A stretch of 64,000 nucleotides of DNA from Dehalococcoidia bacterium (GTDB taxonomy: Bacteria > Chloroflexota > Dehalococcoidia > UBA6926): contig CAXXET010000004.1 in the NCBI GenBank assembly GCA_963666115.2, positions 32,001 through 96,000 of the forward strand. The letters run 5' to 3'. Positions 18,255 through 28,100 of the stretch are shown here, piece after piece (position 1 is the stretch's first letter; each line of letters begins with the position of its first letter). Both the position numbers and the translations under genes were made by a program. The notes under the pieces were generated by a model that was not told the origin of the DNA, searched no databases, and saw only the letters and a list, made by a program, of their open reading frames with translations.

Positions 18255-21200
18255 ATGTCGGCGATGACTAACCCATCCCCCATCCTTGAGCGCGTCTACA
18301 CCGACCTTGACCTGGTCGGAGGGTTGCTGTTGGATGCAGCGGACTCACCCTCGGTTGATGACACGGATCGATGGCGGGAACTAGGCGACTGGCTCCTTCT
18401 AGCAGACCGGGTCCAAGCAGACAGGATATTTTTTCTGAAGGATGACCCCGTCCTGGTCTTTTCATCTCTCCCGTCGGACTCTGATGAGAACGATGTTTTC
18501 GAGTGCTATCGACGCACGTGGAGTCTCGCTAGGCCGCGTTGCCTGTTCCTAGCCATTGGCAATGAACTGCGAGTGTATTCTCTTGCTAATCCACCTGTTC
18601 CTATCGGAGACCGTGCATCTACTCCCGAACCGCTGGAAGTCATCACCCAGGCCACCGAAGTCTTGGAAAAGCTGTCTGGATTTCGCCGCGAGCGGATGGA
18701 GTCCGGGGCGGCTTTCGAAGATCCGGCATTGTCCGAGCAGTCAGGTCGCGCCGATCAACAGTTGCTTCGAGATGTACACGTGGCGACCGCTGCATTGGTC
18801 GACGCTGGTCTTGAGCCACGTGCTGCCCACTCGCTCATCGAACGAGCGATCTTGGTCAGATATCTAGAAGATCGTGAGATTCTTACAGACGAGTATTTTG
18901 ACGAAATCGCCAATCATCACCAGCAAATAATCGAACATTCTTCGCCCGTGGAGCAGATCCCGGATTTCGGAAAGCCCAGTCGATTCATTGGGTTTCTTGC
19001 CGATAAGAGCCTCACTTACGGACTGTTCGACCAACTCGCTAAGGATTTCAATGGCGACCTGTTCGTGACCAGCATTGAAGAAAAAGAGGCTGTTACCAGC
19101 AATCAACTCCAATTGCTAAGTGACCTCCTGGCAGGGAAAACGAGTGCGGTCCAACAACCGCTGTTTCTTTGGGCCTATGACTTCAGCGTTATTCCTACTG
19201 AGCTCATTTCCACTATGTATGAACTGTTCTACCGCGAAGAAGCGAGTCAAGAAAGTTCAAGCACGTACTATACGCCGGCAGCGCTAGTAGAGTTCGTATT
19301 GACTGACCTGCTCAATGAGGAGACACTCGACCGTGAACCCACCGTTTGTGACCCTGCTTGCGGGTCGGGAATTTTCCTGGTTGACGCATACCGCCGGATA
19401 GTCAGGCACGAAATGCGGCGCGAAGGGAAGCCCCTTTCCAGTGAACGACTAAGGGAGCTACTGCTGAGCCGTGTTTCAGGTTGCGACATCGATGCGGCGG
19501 CAATTCGTCTCGCGGCCTTCAGTCTTTACGTGGCTTTCTTGAGCTACCAGTCGCCTCAGGATATTCGCGAAGCTGGGCCGCTGCCCCGGCTGATATATGA
19601 CCGAAACCCGGATTCTGAGCTTGCCCCCCTGGTCGTAGGCGATGCCTTCGCTCCAAGGGAAGGGGAATATACCTCCACTGAGCAGGAGAACTCAGTTTAT
19701 GCGGAAAGGTTGCCCTGGCCAAACACCGGTTTCGATATAGTAGTCGGCAACCCGCCATGGACCGAGATTACTGAGGAAAATAGGACCCGGCCTGAGGAGT
19801 GGGCGCGACAGTTTGACCACCCAGTTGGAAACCGAAATCCCTCACAACTGTTCCTCTGGCGCTCCTTGGATCTTCTGAAGGATGGGGGCATAGCCGCTCT
19901 ACTGATCGGCGCAAAGGCGATGCTCAATACTAGAAAGACGGACCGCCAGTTTAGGGAGCAATGGCTGCAACAAGTGAGACTTGACCACGTGGTCAACTTC
20001 AGTCATGTCAGAAAGGATTTCTTTGCGAGCGGCGTTGCACCCTTCATGCTGGTCCGATTCCGTCGTCGTAAAGCGCTGTCCAATGACATGGTGGTCTACG
20101 AAACTGCTCGACGAGTAACTTCTGGAAGACGCGGCTCAGCCGCACTAGCGCGTCTTGACCGCCAAGTGGTGTCCCAGGCTTCCTTGGTATCTCGGCACTA
20201 TCTGTGGAAAACATACAGCGCGGGCTCGCTCCGGGATGATGCCTTAGTGGCGAGGCTAGAGGCCGAAGACCGCTTGAGTCGATATATCTCAGATAGCCCT
20301 CACGGCTTTGGATTTCAGCGACCACGTACAGGAGAACAGGGTCATGCTGCTCCACAAAGCATCAGTAGCCTACCCATTCTCTCAAAGTTCGATTCGTGGG
20401 GCCCACTAAGGAAGGAGTGGTTCGAATCCGCTCCCTCTCACGTCAAGTATCCTCCCAACGAGCGGCTTTTTGAGGGGCGACGGTTGCTCCTACGATGGGG
20501 CGTCTCACCCAGGTTCGGGCCACATGCGCGACTGGAAGCCGACCCTGTTGCCTTCCGGCACACAACCTATTCCATATCGTTGGATCACCTGTCTCTGTGG
20601 GAAGGCAAGGCCATCCTCGCAACGTTGCTGTCGTCGTTGGGGCGTTACTGGCTATATATGATCTCCGGCTCTTGGGGTACATGGCGAGACCAAGTCCGCA
20701 TAAGCGATGTGCTTGACCTCCCCATCAGACTTACACCGCCCACCAACGGCTTAATGGAACGGATAGAAGAGGCTGTCGACGCACTCTACTACATGACACC
20801 GCAGAGGAGGAGCAGTATTGCCTCCACAGTACCTCCGGAAATGAAGCAAATCGACGACGCCATAGCGGATATGTTCGAGCTTTCAGATGCTGAGCGCAGC
20901 CTCGTCGCGGACTTTTGGGCATCCTTAGAGCCGGAAGCGGACCTGCCAATGCCAGCCGTCGAAATGGTTTCCGGTACTGAGGCCGACCTGGATCCCAACA
21001 GCTTGGACGGGGCCTGGCCATACCTAAACGTTTTGGTGAGGACTTGGAATCGGAGATTGAGGGGCAGAGGAGAGTTCAGTTGGAGGGTATGGCGGGACGT
21101 TGATGCTGGCGTAATTGCTTTGGTCATGGAGACCGGCGACGTCGGGCAGGATTCTCGTCCCATTCCTACCCCGGAGGAAACGGAGAGTTGGTCCGCAGTG

Positions 21201-21392
21201 CTCCATCGCTTAGGGGTTCAATGGGACGTACCGCAGACACAATCAATCCTTCGATACGGTGTGGTTAGAGTCATAACTGATACTGCAATTGTAATAGTCA
21301 AGCGCGACGAGCGACATTTGTGGACGACAACGGCAGCTTGGCAAGACGCTGATGCCACAGCAGCACAAGTAATGGCGGCCAGGCGACCATGA
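18255..21392 (+). CDS. Large N6-adenine DNA methyltransferase (gamma class, Type IIG/Eco57I-like) with a putative target-recognition region
   Basis: YYTP, motif I DPACGSGIF, motif IV VGNPPW, ELISTMYE; visibly less GC-biased than its neighbours. Start could be 18246, 18255 or 18264. Confidence 0.88.
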   Translation: MSAMTNPSPILERVYTDLDLVGGLLLDAADSPSVDDTDRWRELGDWLLLADRVQADRIFFLKDDPVLVFSSLPSDSDENDVFECYRRTWSLARPRCLFLAIGNELRVYSLANPPVPIGDRASTPEPLEVITQATEVLEKLSGFRRERMESGAAFEDPALSEQSGRADQQLLRDVHVATAALVDAGLEPRAAHSLIERAILVRYLEDREILTDEYFDEIANHHQQIIEHSSPVEQIPDFGKPSRFIGFLADKSLTYGLFDQLAKDFNGDLFVTSIEEKEAVTSNQLQLLSDLLAGKTSAVQQPLFLWAYDFSVIPTELISTMYELFYREEASQESSSTYYTPAALVEFVLTDLLNEETLDREPTVCDPACGSGIFLVDAYRRIVRHEMRREGKPLSSERLRELLLSRVSGCDIDAAAIRLAAFSLYVAFLSYQSPQDIREAGPLPRLIYDRNPDSELAPLVVGDAFAPREGEYTSTEQENSVYAERLPWPNTGFDIVVGNPPWTEITEENRTRPEEWARQFDHPVGNRNPSQLFLWRSLDLLKDGGIAALLIGAKAMLNTRKTDRQFREQWLQQVRLDHVVNFSHVRKDFFASGVAPFMLVRFRRRKALSNDMVVYETARRVTSGRRGSAALARLDRQVVSQASLVSRHYLWKTYSAGSLRDDALVARLEAEDRLSRYISDSPHGFGFQRPRTGEQGHAAPQSISSLPILSKFDSWGPLRKEWFESAPSHVKYPPNERLFEGRRLLLRWGVSPRFGPHARLEADPVAFRHTTYSISLDHLSLWEGKAILATLLSSLGRYWLYMISGSWGTWRDQVRISDVLDLPIRLTPPTNGLMERIEEAVDALYYMTPQRRSSIASTVPPEMKQIDDAIADMFELSDAERSLVADFWASLEPEADLPMPAVEMVSGTEADLDPNSLDGAWPYLNVLVRTWNRRLRGRGEFSWRVWRDVDAGVIALVMETGDVGQDSRPIPTPEETESWSAVLHRLGVQWDVPQTQSILRYGVVRVITDTAIVIVKRDERHLWTTTAAWQDADATAAQVMAARRP

Positions 21393-22060
21393 ATCAGCGT
21401 CCACAGTTGTCATCTCTCGACCTATGGAGCGACCACGAACAACTGTGTAAGCAGCTGCTTCGCGATGCATTAGCGGAATTGGAAGACAGCCCCATCGACG
21501 CCGATGAGAATGACCTCAATCGCCTTCTGTATAGGGCCATAATCCGAGTGTCCCAGAGGGCATCTGAGAGTGGAGATCATGTTCCTGTCGTTGTCCCCGA
21601 AGGAAGAAACCCACCGGCCGCATCCGACAAGGAGCGTGCCGAACGTGAATTCAAGACCCCAGATTTCTATTGGGCCTATATCGACCCTCTCGCGAGTGAC
21701 CCCAATGACGCCTCCAAGCAGTTCGTGGTCGAGTGCAAGAGGCTTGCCAAACCGATCTCTCGATACGCCAGAGAATACGTTAAGTCTGGAATCGCCCGGT
21801 TCATCAACATCGGCCACGGATATGGGAAGGGGGTGAGGAGCGGTGCCATGGTCGGGTATCTTCAAGAGGTCTTTCTGGATGAAGCATTGATGGGCGTGAA
21901 TCGTCAAGCTGCCGAAGACGCTATTCCCGATTTGCTTGCCTTACGGAGAGACGGCGAAAGTAGCGCGGAACTTGTTCACCAGGTCACTCGGCAATTTACC
22001 GTCTCCCCCTTTCAATTGACTCACGTCTGGACTCGGATTGGTCCCGAGCCGGTTCCTTGA
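21389..22060 (+). CDS. Putative PD-(D/E)XK nuclease partner of the methyltransferase
   Basis: E..LN, TPDF...FVVECKRL, YVKSGIARF, GAMVGY; ATGA overlap with the MTase stop. Confidence 0.7.
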   Translation: MNQRPQLSSLDLWSDHEQLCKQLLRDALAELEDSPIDADENDLNRLLYRAIIRVSQRASESGDHVPVVVPEGRNPPAASDKERAEREFKTPDFYWAYIDPLASDPNDASKQFVVECKRLAKPISRYAREYVKSGIARFINIGHGYGKGVRSGAMVGYLQEVFLDEALMGVNRQAAEDAIPDLLALRRDGESSAELVHQVTRQFTVSPFQLTHVWTRIGPEPVP

Positions 22061-22121
22061 CTTCCCTATTGCCCAAAGTTGACACAGTTCCCAGCTTGGT
22101 CCGGCCGTGTCCCGGCTCCTC

Positions 22122-25100
22122 CTACCCGGTCGATGATTCGATAATGTCCTCTACCCCGTTGCCCTTGCGCATTAGACGGCGGAGGATTGCGGCCAAGACC
22201 AGGATGATTGCTCCCACGACCGGCAGCCAGTTGATGAGGGTGGAGACGCCGCCCTCGATGAGGCCAACTTCGGCCAGTTCCGGCGTTTCGTTCACCACGA
22301 TGGCAAACTCCGCCGTGACCGGATCGTTCACCTCGTCCGACGCCGTAATCGTCACGCGGTAGGTTCCGGGCGCGGCGTCATCGTACACCGTGCCGCTCAC
22401 CGCGCCGACGCCGTAGGTCAGCCACGCGGGCAGCCCCACCAGCCACACCGTCACCGTGTCCTCCGGGTTCGGATCGGTCACCGTGATGGCGAACGACTCG
22501 ATGGTCTGCCCCTGTAGGAACTCCTTGTCCGCAGGCGTGACGATCGTCGGAGGCGCGTTGACGGGCGGCTCCTCGACGACGTCGTCCTCATCCTCCTCAG
22601 TAGTCACGTCAGCCGCGCCGCTGCCCTCGCCCGTGTCCTCATCCTCCTGGTTCCAGTTGGACGTTCCGGCCGGCCCGCCCGATGACGACGCCGGGCGTGC
22701 CGCCGGCGGGGGCGTCGGCGACGCAGTTGGCGCAGCCGGGGATGTCGAGGAGCTTGGCGTTGGCGTCGCCGTGGTAGTGGGAGTTGGGGCAGCAGGCGTC
22801 GGCGTCGCGGGCGCGGGCGTCGGAACCGGAGTCGATGGCGCGGGCGCAGGTGTTGGAACAGGAGTCGACGGCGGCGCAGGCGTGGCTGTCGGTACGGGAG
22901 TAGCGGGCGGCGTGGGCGCGGGCGTGGCCGTCGCCGTGGGCCTCGGCGTGGGGTTTCGCGACGACACATTCCGCTTGGTGTACACCGTGACCACGTCCGA
23001 CCACTCGCCGTAGCCCTCGCCGTTGTCCGCCATCACTTCAACCTCATAGGCCGTGCCCGGCTTCAGCGGCGCGCTTGGGTTGCTGCTGGTGGGAGCCTCA
23101 TCCATCACCACCTCGGTGGCAGAGCCCGCCCAGGCGGTGACAAAGTCCGTCCCCTTCTCCCAGAACCGCACCCAGTACTCCTTCACCGGCGGCTTGCCGG
23201 TGGTGGCCGGCGCCGTCCACGTGACCGTGATAGTGCTGGTGGTGGCCGACTTGGCCTTGAGTCCCCCCGGCGCGTCCAGCGGCTCATCCACGTCCGTCAC
23301 GGTGATATTCACAAACGCCGAAGCATCGATCACCGTGTCCGCGTTGTCCCACTCATCCTTCAGATCGCTCACCTGCACCGTGACCGTGTAATTCGTCGTG
23401 CTCTCGTGGTTGAGCGACGTGTCATCGCCTACCGTGATCTGGCCCGTCGACGAGTCGATTTCGAACTTGTCCGCGTCCGTGCCGATCATGGTATACGTGA
23501 GCGTGTCGCCCTCCGTGTCCGTTGCGCTGACCGGCGCGCCGACGTTCGCCCCGGCGGCGGAGTTTTCCGCGATCTGCCGCGTCGCGCCGAAGAAGCCGAC
23601 GTCCGTGAACGCCGGCGGCGTGTTCAAATCTTCCGTCGACGCCGTCCCGCTGCCGGACCACGCCCCGTCCCCCTCGTCGTTCACCGCCCGCGCCTGCACG
23701 TCATACGAGGTTCCCGGTGAGAGGCCCGTCAGTGTCGTCGATGTGCCCGTTCCGGTGAAGCTGTGCGACGTCCAAGTGGAATCGCTGCTCTTCTTGTACT
23801 GCACGTCGTAGTCCGTGATCGCGGGCTTGCCCGTCACATCCGGCGCAGTCCAGTTCACGTCAAACTGCGTCTTGGGGTTGGCGGCGTTCCGGTCGACAGT
23901 TGGCGCGTCCGGCGCGGGCGGCGGCTCGGCCGCGTCCGTCACGCTGATCGTCACCGCGATGGTATCGTCGATCTCCGAATCCGGGGCTCCATAGGAATCC
24001 TTGCCGTCGCTGACCTGCACCGTGACCGTGTAGCTTGTCTTGCTCTCATAATCGAGCGTCGTGCCGGCGCCCACCTGTATCTGACCCGTCGATGCAACGA
24101 CGGTGAACTTGCCCGCGTCCGTTCCCGTCAGCGAATACGTCAGCGCGTCGTCCTCCGTGTCCGTGGCGCACACCACCTCGTCCACGTTCGCTCCCGCCGC
24201 GGAGTTCTCCGCGATCTCCCGCGTCACGCTGAGGCTGTTGTACTTGAACTGCGGGTTCACGTTCTTGTCCTGCGTCGTCGCCATGCCGCTGGTCGACCAC
24301 GCGCTGTCGCCCTCATCGTTCGTCGCCATGATCTGAACGTCATACGACGTTCCCTCGTCCAGCCCGGTGATCGTCGTGCTTGTGCCGGTTCCGGTGAAGG
24401 TGTGCGATGTCCACGTGGAATCGGAACTCTTCTTGTACCGCACGTCGTAGTCGCTGATCGCAGGCTTGCCTGTCATGTCCGGCGCAGCCCAGCTTACGTC
24501 CAGCTGCGTCTTTGGAGTCGTCGTGTTCTGGACGACCGTCGGCCCGTCCGGCGCGGCGGGCGGCTCCGCAACGTCCGTCACGCTGATCGTCACCGCGATG
24601 GTGTCGTCAACGGTCGTGTCATCGTTGTCGTCAGAATCCTTGCCGTCGCTTACACCGACGCTCACGCTGTAGGAACTCTTCGCCTCATAATCCAACGCCG
24701 CCTTGACCTTGATCTGGCCTGTGCTGGTGTTCAGGGAGAAGCTGGCCACGTCCACGCCTGTCAGGCTGTACGTCAGCGTGTTGTTCTCCGTGTCCGTGGC
24801 CGTCACCGCCGCGCCGATGGCGGTATTTGCCGCCGAGTTCTCCGCGATGCTCCGCGTCGTCGTGGCGCTTGGGAACGTCGCGTTGACGTTCGGGTCCTGC
24901 GTGGTCGCGGAGCCGCTGGTGGACCAACCGCTAGCGCCCTCATCGTTCTTGGCCTTCACCTGCACGTCGTAGGACGTGCCCTCGTCCAAGCCCGTCAGCC
25001 GCGTTGTCGTGGCCGTGCTGGCAAAGGTGTGGCTTGTCCACGTGTTATCGCTGCTCTTCTTGTATTGGACGTCATAGTCCGAGATGGCGGGCTTGCCCGA

Positions 25101-28100
25101 CATGTCCGGCGCGGTCCAGCTCACGTCCAGCTGCGTCTTGGGCGTGGCCGAGTACTGCCAGACGGAGGGCGCGCTCGGCGCGGCGGGCGGCTCATCCGCG
25201 TCCGTCACGTTGATGGTGACGCTGATCGTGTCGTCGATCGCCGTGTTGGCCGTGCCGTCCCCGGCCTTCTTGTCCGTGACGTTCACCGTCACGCTGTGCG
25301 ACGTCGCGGCCTCATAGTCCGGGATATTCCCCGTCTTGACCGTGATCTGCCCGGTGGTGGAGCCGATGGTGAACTTGCCCGCGTCCGTTCCCGTCAGGCT
25401 GTAGTAGAGCGTGTCGCTCTCCGGATCGGCCCCTGCGGTGACCACCGCGCCAACGTTCGTGCTCGCCGCCGAGTTTTCGGCGATGCTGCGTGTCGCCGTT
25501 GCCGCGCTGAACTCCGCCCCCTCGTTCACGTTTGTGACGTTGATAGTGACGGGGATCACGTAGCTTCCCGGCGCGTTCGGCGCAAGGTTCTCGCTTTGCG
25601 CCTGCGCCACCGCCGCAGTCACCGTGACCGTCACCCTGTAGCTTGTCTTCGTCTCATAATCCAGGCTCGTGCCGCTCTTGACCTTGATCTGGCCCGTGCC
25701 GCCGGTAATCGTGAACTTGCCCGCGTCCGTGCCGCCCAGCGCGTGCGAGAAGGTGTAATTATTCGGGTTCGAGGTAGCCGTCACCGGCGAGCCGATGTTC
25801 GTGTTCGCCGCCGAGTTCTCCGCCACGCTGCGGCTCATGCCGCCCGCCGTCGTGACCGCCGTGCCGCTCGCCGACCACGCGCTATCGCCCTCGTTGTTCG
25901 TAGCCTGCACCTGCACTTCATACGTCTTGCCCGCCGTCAGGCTGCCAATGCTCGTCGACGTGCCCGTTCCCGTGAACGTGTGGCTGCTCCACGTGGAAGC
26001 GCCAACCTGCCGGTACCGCACGTCGTAATCACTCAGGGCAGGCTTGCCGGTCATGCTCGGCAGGGTCCAGGAAACATCGATCTTCGTTGTTGGAGTCGTC
26101 GAATTCGTGCTCACCGTTGGCGCGGCAGGCGCGGCGGGAGGCTCATTCACGTCCGTCACGTTGATGGTCACCGCGATGGTGTCATCGATGACCGTGTTGG
26201 CCGTGCCGTCCGCAGCCTTCTTGTCCGTGACGTTCACGGTCACGCTGTACGAGGTCTTGGCCTCATAGTTGGGAATGTTGCCCGTCTTGACCGTGATCTG
26301 GCCGGTGGTGGCGCCGATGTTGAACTTGCTCGCATCCGTTCCCGTCAGGGAGTACGTGAGGGCGTCGCCCTCCGGGTCCGCCCCCGCAACGACAGCCGCG
26401 CCGATGCTGCTGCCCGCCGCCGAGTTTTCGGCGACGCTGCGCGTGGCCGTCGCGGCGCTGAACTGGGCCTTTTCATTCACGTTGGTCACGTTGATGGTGA
26501 CCGCGATGGTGTCGTCGATGGCCGTGTTGGCCGTGCCGTCGGCGGCCTTCTTGTCCGTGACGTTCACGGTGACGCTGTACGACGTCGTGGTCTCATAATC
26601 CAGCGACGTGCCGCTCGCCACGGTGATCTGCCCCGTGCTGGAGCCGATGCCGAACTTGCTCGCGTCCGTTCCCGTCAGCGTGTAGTAGACCGTGTCGCCC
26701 TCCGGATCGGCCCCGGCGGTGACGACCGCGCCAACCGTCGCGTTGGCCGCTGAGTTCTCCGCGATGCCCCGCGTGGCCGTGGCGGCGCTGAATTCCGGCC
26801 CCTCGTTCACGTTCGTCACGTTGATGGTGACCGCGATGGTGTCATCGATCACCGTGTCCGCCGTGCCGTCCGATGCCTTCTTGTCGCTCACGTTCAGCGT
26901 CACGCTGTAGCTAGTCTTCGTTTCATAGTCGAGAGACGTGCCGCTCGTCACGGTAATCTGGCCGGTGTTGGAGCCGACGGCGAATTTGCTGGCGTCCGTT
27001 CCTGTCAGCGTGTAGTAGAGCGTGTCTGTTGTTGGGTACGGATCGGTGGCCGTGACCGCCGTGCCCACGTTCGTTCCCGCCGCCGAGTTCTCCGCAACGC
27101 TCCGCGTCGCCGTGTCGTCGGAGAACGTGGGATCAAGGTTGTCAACGGTTGAGCCCTTGACGATGGCCGACCATTCGGGGCTGCCTTGGTTCACGTCGTC
27201 CTCAGCCTTCATGCGGAATTGGTACTCGGTGTTCCGATCCAGGCCCGAGATTTCCAGGCTCGTCACCGGCTGGTTGTTTGAGACGGCATCGATGTACTTG
27301 TATGGCGCAGTCGTCCAGTTCGTCTCACTCGCCTTCATGTAGATGATCCAGAACTTCGCGACGTCGCGGTAGTCCGGGTCGCGCGTCGCGTTCGACGAAA
27401 CGCTGTTATCGTTCGGTTCGTCCCAACTGATGATGAGCGTGTCGTAGGGCTGGGTTGTCTTCTGCGCCACGCTGACACCCGTCACCATGGCCGGCAGGTA
27501 TTCCTCGTCGGTCAGGTTGATGGTCACCGCGATGGTATCGTCGATAACTGTGTCCGCCGTGCCGTCCGCGGCCTTCTTGTCGCTCGCGTTCACGGTCACG
27601 CTCAGGCTGCTGTCTGTCTCATAGTCGAGTATCGCGCCGCTCGCCACCGTGATCTGCCCCGTTGTGGAGCCGATGTTGAACTTTGAGGCGTCCGTGCCCG
27701 TCAGCGTGTAGTACACCGTATCGCCGTCTTGATCGCTCGCTGTCACAACCGCGCCCACGTTCTGCCCCGACGCCAGGTTCTCCTTGATGGAGCGCGTGGC
27801 CGTCGCGCCACTGAACTCCGGCGCCTCGTTCACGTCCGTCACGTTGATGGTGACGGCGACGTTGTAGTCGCCCGGCGCGTTTGGATCGAGTGTGAAGCTC
27901 TGCGCGTTCGCCCCTGCCTGCGCCGCCGTCACCGTCACGACCACGCTGTAGCTGCTCTTGGTCTCATAGTCCAGGCTCGTGCCTGTTTTCACCGTAATCT
28001 GGCCGCTGGACGACGCGATGCTGAACTTGGAGGCGTCCGTGCCGCTTAGGCTGTGCGTCAACGTGTAGCCGTTGGTGTTCGCAGAGGTCGTCACCGCCGC

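Noticed and set aside
18255-21392. BREX PglX or DISARM methylase
   Set aside because: No pglZ/brxC or drmA/B genes adjacent.
22215-22229. LPVVG as an LPxTG sortase signal
   Set aside because: Lacks Thr, lies within the hydrophobic segment, and no sortase is in the window.
23763-26753. 996-aa plus-strand ORF and the many other long antisense or alternative-frame ORFs
   Set aside because: Shadow ORFs of GC-rich, codon-biased genes; Arg/Val/Gly-rich with no motifs.
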